45,641 bases of DNA from an archaeon (GTDB taxonomy: Archaea > SpSt-1190 > DYHY01): contig JBBIPP010000011.1 of assembly GCA_037442745.1 (NCBI GenBank), forward strand, positions 1 to 45,641. Reading direction: 5' to 3'. Below are positions 9,261 through 17,235 of the stretch, piece by piece. Each line of letters begins with the position of its first letter. Position 1 is the first letter of the stretch. Below the pieces are notes generated by a model, which saw only the letters and a list, made by a program, of their open reading frames with translations, was not told where the DNA came from and did not search any database. Position numbers and translations under genes: made by a program.

Positions 9261-9273
9261 AAAGCTTTTATAT
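9261..9273 (+). promoter_or_regulatory. Archaeal BRE-TATA promoter of the pilus locus
   Basis: AAAGCTTTTATAT lies 27 bp before ATG 9301, a leaderless spacing. Confidence 0.55.
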
Positions 9274-9300
9274 TTAGGGCGTCCTTCTTCATTGAGTGCC

Positions 9301-9714
9301 ATGTCAGAAGACGACTTTGAACTTGTTCCAATAACGCCCGTTCGAAAGCTTGAAAGGGAAATACAGGCAATCAGAAACCAGATGAAATCCTCCCCGGACA
9401 ATTCAACACTTGTCAATCAGATTGTGGAAATCCTCCGGATGAACCAGTCAATTGTTGATCAGCTTTCAACGAAACAGGGGGAGCTCATTAACAGGATTAA
9501 CGAGACAAACATAAAGCTAGACAAGCTCGCCGAATCAATAAACGGCCTTGTTGAGGAACTTGTGAGCGGAGCGGAGGACGAGGCTGCGGCAATCCAGTCC
9601 GGAAGCGCATCAAACGAGCGCCTTGAGAAAATTGTCGAGCAGAATAACTCCCTAATAAACTCTCTCTCCGTAATTGCAAAGGAAATGTCCAGAGTCAGCG
9701 GAGGAAAGGAATAA
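9301..9714 (+). CDS. Coiled-coil protein heading the type IV pilus operon
   Basis: ATG 9301 (MSEDDFELVPITPVRKLE) with heptad-rich sequence; ends 2 bp before the pilin gene. Confidence 0.8.
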   Translation: MSEDDFELVPITPVRKLEREIQAIRNQMKSSPDNSTLVNQIVEILRMNQSIVDQLSTKQGELINRINETNIKLDKLAESINGLVEELVSGAEDEAAAIQSGSASNERLEKIVEQNNSLINSLSVIAKEMSRVSGGKE

Positions 9715-9716
9715 AG

Positions 9717-10232
9717 ATGGCAGGAAGACGGGGAATAACACCGGTTGTTGCAGTAATATTGCTTTTGCTAATGACAATTGCCGCTGCAGGAGCGGCGTAT
9801 TTATGGATAACAAGGCTCTCGACAATGATAACAACTGGCGCAACTGAAGGGTTCGTTGAGAGCCAGCGAAAACAGAACACAAGATACACTCTTGACACTG
9901 TCTGGAACGAATCAAGCACAATTTTCCTCGTAATAAGGAACTCTGGGTCATATGATATTCCAGCAACTGATTTCGACAAGAGTTCGGTCTATATTAACAA
10001 CCGGCTCTACACTTTCGGCCCGGATACTAAAACACCCGCAGAGGACTGCTCATATTCGGCAACTCACTTGAACGCTCTCGGAGGGAATTTCCCAACGGAC
10101 AGCGTAATCAGGGTCTGGTGCAACAACTCATATGGCGCTCCGGACGGCGGAATATACCCAAAGACTGCAATCAGGGTACAGCCACCATACGGGAGCCCGG
10201 ACATCCAGACTTACCAGTATTCCCCGATTTAA
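9717..10232 (+). CDS. Archaeal type IV pilin (class III signal peptide), candidate major pilin
   Basis: RRG/ITPVVAVILLLLMTIAAAGAAYLW is a canonical archaeal pilin/archaellin N-terminus. Confidence 0.9.
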   Translation: MAGRRGITPVVAVILLLLMTIAAAGAAYLWITRLSTMITTGATEGFVESQRKQNTRYTLDTVWNESSTIFLVIRNSGSYDIPATDFDKSSVYINNRLYTFGPDTKTPAEDCSYSATHLNALGGNFPTDSVIRVWCNNSYGAPDGGIYPKTAIRVQPPYGSPDIQTYQYSPI

Positions 10233-10354
10233 TCCGTGCGGGGAATTTGTATTTCAGGGGCAAACGCAATTCTCTTGTTATTCAACTTCGAGTAGGGCCA
10301 AACAAGAGTTTCTAGTCAAATATTAAATAGGGGATAGGGACAATAAACTGAAAA

Positions 10355-11278
10355 ATGGCCAAATCCCGTCTGTCCCAATCAGAGGTTGTTGGAACTATTG
10401 TTCTTGTAGCAATTGTCCTCGGCTCAATTGCCGCTTCATATACCTGGGGGATGCCCTTGATATCCAAAAGCGGGGATGCTAACAGAATAGAATATGTAAA
10501 GAACACATTTGCTAGGATTTCGAACGATTTCGCCAAAGTCGCAAGGGAGGGCGGGCAGTCTTCGGCAACTGTCCAGATTGACAAGGGGGAGATGAAAATA
10601 GAACTTGACCAGACTGACAATTACGTTCTCTCATATGTCCTTTCAACTGAAATGAGGTTCTTCGCCCAGAGGGAATCGACAATTGATGATTCGCTATCGC
10701 CATATATCCAAAAGGAAGCCTGGCTCTTTGCCCAGCCGGTAACGAGCGGAGCGTGCTTTGAACCTCCCTATGCGGCTTGCGGGAAGAACGGGACTTTCTC
10801 CTCAGCAACCTCGCTTCCGAAGGAAATTGACGGAAAAGAGGTCTGCATCTGCCCGGACAACTCGGTGAAATTCCCGGGAACTGGCAATTCCTATTCAATT
10901 GCAGGCTCCTTTTATCCAGCAGTTGAAGGGACGGATTTCCGCCTGGAAACTTCAAGCTATGCCGACAACTATGCGAGCATAGTCTCCGAGAAATACGAAA
11001 CGGGAACCGGGCTTTTGGGGAAAGACAAGCCGGGAGCGGTTCTTGCGCAATCTGAGCCTATTGGGAAAATTTTCAGGACGAAGCTGAAACTGAAGCCGAG
11101 GAACATTTTCGACCCAGCATCAAGCGAACAGCTAGTGATAAAGGCAGTTCCTGCGGAAGGGACCGGGACATCTGTCAAGGGAACTTTTTCAGTTGTTCTC
11201 AAGAACGAAGGCTCGACGCTCTCAATTGTCAACGGGCAGAAAGTAAGGACAGTCACAATCTCGATTTCCCTGAAATAG
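10355..11278 (+). CDS. Minor pilin-like protein
   Basis: Class III-like signal RLS/QSEVVGTIVLVAIV...YTWGMPLI. Confidence 0.8.
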   Translation: MAKSRLSQSEVVGTIVLVAIVLGSIAASYTWGMPLISKSGDANRIEYVKNTFARISNDFAKVAREGGQSSATVQIDKGEMKIELDQTDNYVLSYVLSTEMRFFAQRESTIDDSLSPYIQKEAWLFAQPVTSGACFEPPYAACGKNGTFSSATSLPKEIDGKEVCICPDNSVKFPGTGNSYSIAGSFYPAVEGTDFRLETSSYADNYASIVSEKYETGTGLLGKDKPGAVLAQSEPIGKIFRTKLKLKPRNIFDPASSEQLVIKAVPAEGTGTSVKGTFSVVLKNEGSTLSIVNGQKVRTVTISISLK

Positions 11279-11300
11279 GCAAACTCCCTCACCGGCCCTA

Positions 11301-11314
11301 AAAAAGTTTATATT
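11301..11314 (+). promoter_or_regulatory. BRE-TATA promoter
   Basis: AAAAAGTTTATATT lies about 24 bp before ATG 11338. Confidence 0.5.
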
Positions 11315-11337
11315 AACTGGGTTCAGTTACATTTCCA

Positions 11338-11961
11338 ATGCTTGCTAGAAGGGCAAAGTGGCTGGGCGCGCAAAAGACCGGGTGCAACGAATTTTCCTGC
11401 GCGCAGAAGGCCGAGCCGAAGAGAATTTTTTTGTCAATAGGAAGGTCTGGACAAAAAGCGGAGTATCAACAAAGTCTGGGGGGCTTTTCCGGGAGAAAAG
11501 CCCAGAAGGAAATTGTGGAATTCGCCTTCCTCTCCCTTGCCGCGTTCCTTATACTGACGCTCGTTTCCCTGACTTTTTCGAAAATAACTGACGGAATAGG
11601 GGACGCTGAAAAGAGGAACAGCCTTGCCTCAATCTCGTCAGAGCTCGCCCTTGCAATCTCGAATGCCGAAAGCCTCGCTGACAAGAACCCCGCATCCAAT
11701 TTCACAATATTCCTGGATTTCCCGAGGGAACTCGCCGGGCTCCAGTATTCCCTCGCTTTCTCCCGAGCCGACGACCCATCCTGCAAAATAGGGAACGGTC
11801 CGCCAGGATGCGTCAGGGCAATTGCGGGGGGTTCGGTAGTCTACTATCCGATAAGGGTTTCAAGAGATGTGACGGGCGAAATATTCGGCTCAACCGGCGC
11901 AAAAGCGGCAGTAACATATAATAGCAACGAAAGGGGAAAACTCTCGCTTTCGCTTAAATAA
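11338..11961 (+). CDS. Minor pilin-like protein with long N-terminal leader
   Basis: Class III signal RKA/QKEIVEFAFLSLAAFLIL follows a leader of about 55 aa. Confidence 0.75.
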   Translation: MLARRAKWLGAQKTGCNEFSCAQKAEPKRIFLSIGRSGQKAEYQQSLGGFSGRKAQKEIVEFAFLSLAAFLILTLVSLTFSKITDGIGDAEKRNSLASISSELALAISNAESLADKNPASNFTIFLDFPRELAGLQYSLAFSRADDPSCKIGNGPPGCVRAIAGGSVVYYPIRVSRDVTGEIFGSTGAKAAVTYNSNERGKLSLSLK

Positions 11962-11996
11962 GGCGGGGCATAGAAAGGAAAGGGAAAGCAATCAAA

Positions 11997-13928
11997 ATGG
12001 CTCCAATCAAAAGCAGGCTCAAACTCCGGAAAAGGCTCAGGCGGGCGGGGGAATTCTCCGATTCTGGAGCGGACAAAAAGAGCGTCACCTCCGGGAGCAT
12101 TGTCAAGGGCGCAATGTCGAAAATAAGGAACAGGATTCTCGCAAAGCGCCTTCAGGCAGCCCGGCTCTCCGCAAGCCAGAGGATAAACGTGAACGTTAAC
12201 TCCCCCCAAGGGGGCTATCCCCAGACGCTCAATATTGAGGGGTTCCTTAGGAATGCAAAGGGTAACGAGGATGAGGACGAGGATGAAGATTCCAAATACA
12301 AGGGATTCTCCCTCGGGGAGGACGGGGAATTCGGGGTCGGTGCCGGAACTGGCGAGGTTTCCGCCGAATGGAAGGAGAAGAGCAAGGCGAACATCCGGGA
12401 ATCATACCCCTTAATTGCGTCCGAGAGCGGGTCAGTCTTTGCGTATGTGCAGATTTTCTGGAGCCCGACTGAACAGTCCCTGATTTATCAGGTGGTTGAA
12501 CCGGGAATTAGCCCCCAGGAGACCGAGCTCCTGAAGAAAATTGAGAAAAAACTGGAGGAAAAGCTGGACATTGATTTCACGGCAGTCTCCCAAGCAAGCC
12601 AGTTCGCGTATTTGAAGGAGAATTTCTACAAGGTAATTGACCTCTTCAATGTCAGGATAACCGATGAGCAAAGGACGCGCTTTGAATACTATCTTTTCAG
12701 GGATTTCGTCGGGCTAAACGAACTGGAACCCCTGATGCACGACCCGCAGATTGAGGACATTTCCTGCGACGGCGTCGGAATCCCGGTATATGTAGTTCAT
12801 AGGAACCCGGAATACGGGGAAATGCGCACAAACATCCAGTTCCCGACAAAGCAGGAGCTCGATTCCTTCGTTGTCAAGCTCTCCCAGCGGTGCAGGAGAT
12901 CGATATCCGTAGCTACTCCCTTACTTGACGCAACGCTTCCTGACGGGAGCCGTCTCCAGGCAACTCTAGGTTCCGACATTGCAAGAAGGGGGAGCAATTT
13001 CACAATAAGGCGCTTCTCCGAAAGGCCATTCACGCCAGTCGACCTGATAGAAATGGGGACTCTTTCGTCCCTCTCACTCGCATACATATGGTTTTTGGTT
13101 GAGCAGGGAAAATCCCTCCTCGTCTCAGGGGCAACAGCAACTGGAAAGACAACTGTCCTCAACTCAATCTCTCTTTTCATCCAGCCAACGAAGAAGATTG
13201 TCTCAATTGAGGACACGGCAGAACTCCAGCTTCCGCACCCTAACTGGATTCCACAGGTCGCACGGGCGATTTCGAGCGAGAAGAGATACGGCTCCGTCGA
13301 AATGTTCGACCTCCTGAAGGCCGCGCTCCGTCAGAGGCCCGACTACATAATTGTTGGCGAAGTCAGGGGAGCGGAAGCGAACGTAATGTTCCAGGGAATG
13401 GCAACAGGGCACCCTGCACTCGGGACAATCCACGCAGACAATGTCCAGAAGGTTGTTGACAGGCTAGTCACCCCGCCAATATCCCTCTCTCCGGCAATGC
13501 TTGAGAATCTGGACGCGGTAATTTTCATTGTAAGGACGAAACTCAAGGGCCAGTATGTGAGAAGGTCGAGCCAGATTGCCGAGATCAGGAAAATCAGCTT
13601 GAAGGACGGGAAACTGAAAAGCAACGCAGTGTTCGAATGGAACGCTGTGGAGGACAAGGTTGTCCCAAAGGACCCGAGCATAATATTGGAGAAGCTCGCG
13701 CACTTTAGGGGGATTGCAAAAGAGAGCATAATGTCCGAACTCGGGAGGCGGGCGCAACTCCTCGAATGGCTGAAATTGAAGCATGTCAAAGACTACAAGC
13801 TCTTCGCAAGCTATATTGCCAGATATTACACGAATTCGGAAGAGCTGATGAAAATAGTGACAAAGGAGCTCTCCGATTACAGGGCGTCTGAGGAGAAACG
13901 AAGGTCGGGAGGGGCTGAAGCGAAATAG
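11997..13928 (+). CDS. Type IV pilus assembly ATPase (VirB11/TadA/FlaI family)
   Basis: Walker A GATATGKTT, IEDTAEL, LRQRPDYIIVGEVRG, TGH and TIHA motifs. Confidence 0.95.
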   Translation: MAPIKSRLKLRKRLRRAGEFSDSGADKKSVTSGSIVKGAMSKIRNRILAKRLQAARLSASQRINVNVNSPQGGYPQTLNIEGFLRNAKGNEDEDEDEDSKYKGFSLGEDGEFGVGAGTGEVSAEWKEKSKANIRESYPLIASESGSVFAYVQIFWSPTEQSLIYQVVEPGISPQETELLKKIEKKLEEKLDIDFTAVSQASQFAYLKENFYKVIDLFNVRITDEQRTRFEYYLFRDFVGLNELEPLMHDPQIEDISCDGVGIPVYVVHRNPEYGEMRTNIQFPTKQELDSFVVKLSQRCRRSISVATPLLDATLPDGSRLQATLGSDIARRGSNFTIRRFSERPFTPVDLIEMGTLSSLSLAYIWFLVEQGKSLLVSGATATGKTTVLNSISLFIQPTKKIVSIEDTAELQLPHPNWIPQVARAISSEKRYGSVEMFDLLKAALRQRPDYIIVGEVRGAEANVMFQGMATGHPALGTIHADNVQKVVDRLVTPPISLSPAMLENLDAVIFIVRTKLKGQYVRRSSQIAEIRKISLKDGKLKSNAVFEWNAVEDKVVPKDPSIILEKLAHFRGIAKESIMSELGRRAQLLEWLKLKHVKDYKLFASYIARYYTNSEELMKIVTKELSDYRASEEKRRSGGAEAK

Positions 13929-14029
13929 TCGGAATTGCGGAAGTCGATCCATACACTAAATTCTCGATAGCAATTTTCGGGAGCCTGATAGAGTCGAACG
14001 AATACCTCTTCGCACCCCTTAGGGAGGAC

Positions 14030-14809
14030 ATGAGGCGGGCGGGAATGAAGCTAACTGTCGACGAATACATGTCGTCCGCCCTTATGACAGGGGTAATCAC
14101 CCCTATAATGACTTCGCCAATGGCTTTCATAATATGCGTCGCTCTCGGGCTCCCTTTCCATGCGACTCTCGGAGTAACTTTCCTTGTCGCTGTAACGACC
14201 TTCGCCCTGATAATGTCGCTTCTCTACTTCTACCCGACAATCAGGGCCGAATCAATGAAGAAATCAATTGAGAACGCGCTTCCCTTTGCCACAATCTACC
14301 TTTCGACTCTTGCTGGAACTGGAATGACTACTGACGCAATATTCAAGATTCTCGCGGACTTTCCGGAATATGGCGAGATATCAAAGGAAGCGAGGGGGAT
14401 AATTGCCGACACGGAGCTCTTCGGCCTTGATATTGCGACAGCTCTCTCTAGGGCGGCCGAAAGGACGCCTTCCGAAGAGCTGAAAGGGCTCCTCTGGGGA
14501 ATGCGCTCGACTCTCATTACTGGAGGCGACCTGAGGTCTTTTCTGATAGAAAAGGGCAAGGGATATATGCAGAATTACAGGAGGAACATTGACAATTATG
14601 TTGAAGAGCTTTCGCTTTTCACTGAACTCTATATAACCGCTGTGATTGTCGGGAGCATTTTCTTCATAATAATGTCGACAATAATGAACATGATAGGGAC
14701 GGGGAGCGGGGCCGCAATGGTAATGATCCAAAACATTGTCGTCTACGCAATGCTTCCGATGATATCGGTCGGCTTCATGATACTAGTTTCAATGATTTCG
14801 CCGACATAG
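14030..14809 (+). CDS. tadC: TadC / T2SS F-domain platform protein 1 (true start probably further upstream)
   Basis: IENALPFATIYLSTLAGTG, FGLDIATAL, TPSEEL and GGDL motifs. The frame stays open back to about 13919. Confidence 0.9.
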   Translation: MRRAGMKLTVDEYMSSALMTGVITPIMTSPMAFIICVALGLPFHATLGVTFLVAVTTFALIMSLLYFYPTIRAESMKKSIENALPFATIYLSTLAGTGMTTDAIFKILADFPEYGEISKEARGIIADTELFGLDIATALSRAAERTPSEELKGLLWGMRSTLITGGDLRSFLIEKGKGYMQNYRRNIDNYVEELSLFTELYITAVIVGSIFFIIMSTIMNMIGTGSGAAMVMIQNIVVYAMLPMISVGFMILVSMISPT

Positions 14810-14907
14810 GGGGGATAAGAACGGCAACTGAAAACTCGGAAAGGGAGAAACCAAAGAGCGAAATAGAGCAAGTCCTCCTCAAAGTTACGGATACCAAGCA
14901 CAAGGTA

Positions 14908-16029
14908 ATGTATTTCTCGGGGGTATTTGTAGTTGCCCTAGTTTTCCTCAACTTTTTCCTCAACAAGTTCGATGTGCCCTCAGCAGTCCAGTATCTTCCG
15001 TTCGTCTTCGGAATCGGGGCCGCGCCCTATCTCTTCTACCAGTACTTTGACTATACGCGGACCAAGGCAATTGAGGACAAGTTCCCGGACTTTTTGAGGA
15101 GCCTAGCCGAAGCCCAGCGGTCGGGTATAACGCTGATTGACGCAATACACCAGGCGCGGGACGTTGACTATGGGGCGCTTACCCCGGAAATCCTGAAAAT
15201 GTCGTCACAATTGTCCTGGGGCGTTCCTTTCCCGAAGGTAATGAGAATGTTTGAGGACAGGATGTCTCGCTCCGAATTCATCAAGAGGACTGTTACCGTT
15301 GTTATGGAGGCTTTCGAGAGCGGGGGGGACATTGCTGAAGCAATGAGTTCGGTTGCGAGCAACGCCGTCCTTGTAAAGGATCTGGAAGCTGAGCGCCAAA
15401 ACAAGCTGGCGCAACAGGTCCTGGTAATGTATGTGATTTTCTTCATATTCTTGGGAATGGTAATAGTCCTCCAGAAGATTCTCGGCCCACTCTTCACAAT
15501 GAACCTCTCGGGAGGTGGCGGAGGCCTCTTCGGCGGGGCTACGGGAGTCGGGAGCGTCTCCCAGCAGTTCGGGCCGTCTTACTACAGGAAAATGTTCTTC
15601 TCAATGGTAGTAATCCAGGGAGTTTTCAACGGCCTCCTTGCCGGTCAATTGGGCGAGGGGCGGGTCGTTGCCGGAATAAAGCACGCGGCAATAATGCTAA
15701 TAACCGGAGTCGCAATTTTCATGGTGGCGCTTCCGGCCCAGGCTCTTCTCCTCGACATCAACACTCCGGAGATTCCGGTCAAGCCGAACAACTTCTACAC
15801 AATCCAGGGAAGCGCTTTCTATGCTGACGGAACGGCGGTCCTAGGCGGGCGCGTGATAATTGTAATTGACGGGGTCAGGTATGAGACAACAACCCAACAG
15901 AGTGGCCAGATTGAGTACAAGCTAAAAGTCCCGGCAGTTGTCGGAAAATACAAAGTCGACATAACGCTTGAGCCCGTGGGCTCTGCAAAGCCAGTGACAA
16001 AAACAGTCACTCTTACAGTGAGCAGATAA
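14908..16029 (+). CDS. tadC: TadC / T2SS F-domain platform protein 2 with C-terminal Ig-like extension
   Basis: IEDKFPDFLRSLAEAQRSG, YGALTPE, ESGGD, IQGVFNGLLAGQLGEG and GIKH motifs, followed by a beta-rich tail of about 95 aa. Confidence 0.9.
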   Translation: MYFSGVFVVALVFLNFFLNKFDVPSAVQYLPFVFGIGAAPYLFYQYFDYTRTKAIEDKFPDFLRSLAEAQRSGITLIDAIHQARDVDYGALTPEILKMSSQLSWGVPFPKVMRMFEDRMSRSEFIKRTVTVVMEAFESGGDIAEAMSSVASNAVLVKDLEAERQNKLAQQVLVMYVIFFIFLGMVIVLQKILGPLFTMNLSGGGGGLFGGATGVGSVSQQFGPSYYRKMFFSMVVIQGVFNGLLAGQLGEGRVVAGIKHAAIMLITGVAIFMVALPAQALLLDINTPEIPVKPNNFYTIQGSAFYADGTAVLGGRVIIVIDGVRYETTTQQSGQIEYKLKVPAVVGKYKVDITLEPVGSAKPVTKTVTLTVSR

Positions 16030-16030
16030 G

Positions 16031-16597
16031 GTGGTGGGGAGAACGGCTGAGCAAAAACTTTTTTCTAGGAGATTGGGCAAATCGGGCTTTTGGCCGGCTG
16101 TTGTTCTCGCATTCGCAATTCTTGCAATCTCAATCCCGGTGACTGAGAGCGCCCAGACGTTTTCGGCAGGATACCTGATAGGCCGATCAGGCGAGCTCTC
16201 GAGAGCCAAGTTCGAAGTTACTCCCGACTTTCCCGGGGAGAACATCCCTGTTGCAATCTATTTTTCGAATCCCGGCCTTGCGGAGCATTTCAGGATGGAA
16301 TCCGATAGCACGAACTGGAACGGCGGGGGTTTCTTCGGCCTGACGAAAACGCAGACATTCTACCTCTCAGTCGAAAGCGTTCCGGCAAGCCTCTCTTTCG
16401 AGAACCACACAATCCACGTTGAGATAAACGGGGTCAACCACACAGTTTCCTATTTTCCCATTCCGGGGGACTTTTATTACGGGGGAAGGGAGCCCCCTCC
16501 CGGAGTCGCGGTAACTAGAACAACCCGCCAGACATATTTCGTTTCACCAGTCAACCAGATGAAAATACCTGTTGAGATGGGGGTTTATGTATGGTGA
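16031..16597 (+). CDS. Minor pilin-like protein
   Basis: KSG/FWPAVVLAFAILAI signal; within the pilus operon. Confidence 0.7.
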   Translation: MVGRTAEQKLFSRRLGKSGFWPAVVLAFAILAISIPVTESAQTFSAGYLIGRSGELSRAKFEVTPDFPGENIPVAIYFSNPGLAEHFRMESDSTNWNGGGFFGLTKTQTFYLSVESVPASLSFENHTIHVEINGVNHTVSYFPIPGDFYYGGREPPPGVAVTRTTRQTYFVSPVNQMKIPVEMGVYVW

Positions 16598-17235
16598 GGA
16601 AAGCTCAGCTCGCAATAGAGTTCGTGGCGTCCACAATGATTTTCCTCTTTGCGGCAGTCCTCGTGATTTCCTCGATTTTCAGGGGATATTCTTCCGTTTC
16701 GGACGCTTCAAGAACAATTGCCCTCGAGACACGGGCGGAGAAGGTTGCTCTCGAGCTCTCTTCGAGTTCCACCAACGGGTTTGGCTCAGTTTCCGGGGGA
16801 CTCGACTGGGCGAAACTCTCCTCAATAAACCCGGCGAACTACTCCGCGCTCAGGGAGGCTTCCAGGTTCAAGGAGGACTATTCCTTCTCAATCTCTTACC
16901 TTCCGTCAATTGTAATTAGCGTTTATTTCGAGAACACCCTTGCGAGAAGCCCCGATGAGGCGGCATCCTCGTTTGACACCTTCTCGAACAGGACGCCGAT
17001 TAACATGACAATAATACCGAGGCAACTCGACGGCCGGATGTCTGACGGGAGGACATATGCCCTTCTAATATCCCCTGACAACTCGCTTATTGATGCAAAA
17101 GAGAGCGACTCTTCCGGAAGGGTCGCTCTTGTCCCGGGAAAGGAAGGGGTCTACACTCTCCGGATAATAACATATGACAAGGCGGACACGCTTTACGGGA
17201 CAAGGGAATTCTCACTGGGAGTTGTTTCAACGTGA
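16591..17235 (+). CDS. Minor pilin-like protein
   Basis: Class III signal RKA/QLAIEFVASTMIFLF. Confidence 0.8.
   Translation: MVRKAQLAIEFVASTMIFLFAAVLVISSIFRGYSSVSDASRTIALETRAEKVALELSSSSTNGFGSVSGGLDWAKLSSINPANYSALREASRFKEDYSFSISYLPSIVISVYFENTLARSPDEAASSFDTFSNRTPINMTIIPRQLDGRMSDGRTYALLISPDNSLIDAKESDSSGRVALVPGKEGVYTLRIITYDKADTLYGTREFSLGVVST

Noticed and set aside
9717-16029. Archaellum operon
   Set aside because: No flaH, flaF/G or single fused flaJ. Two separate TadC genes and many minor pilins indicate a pilus.
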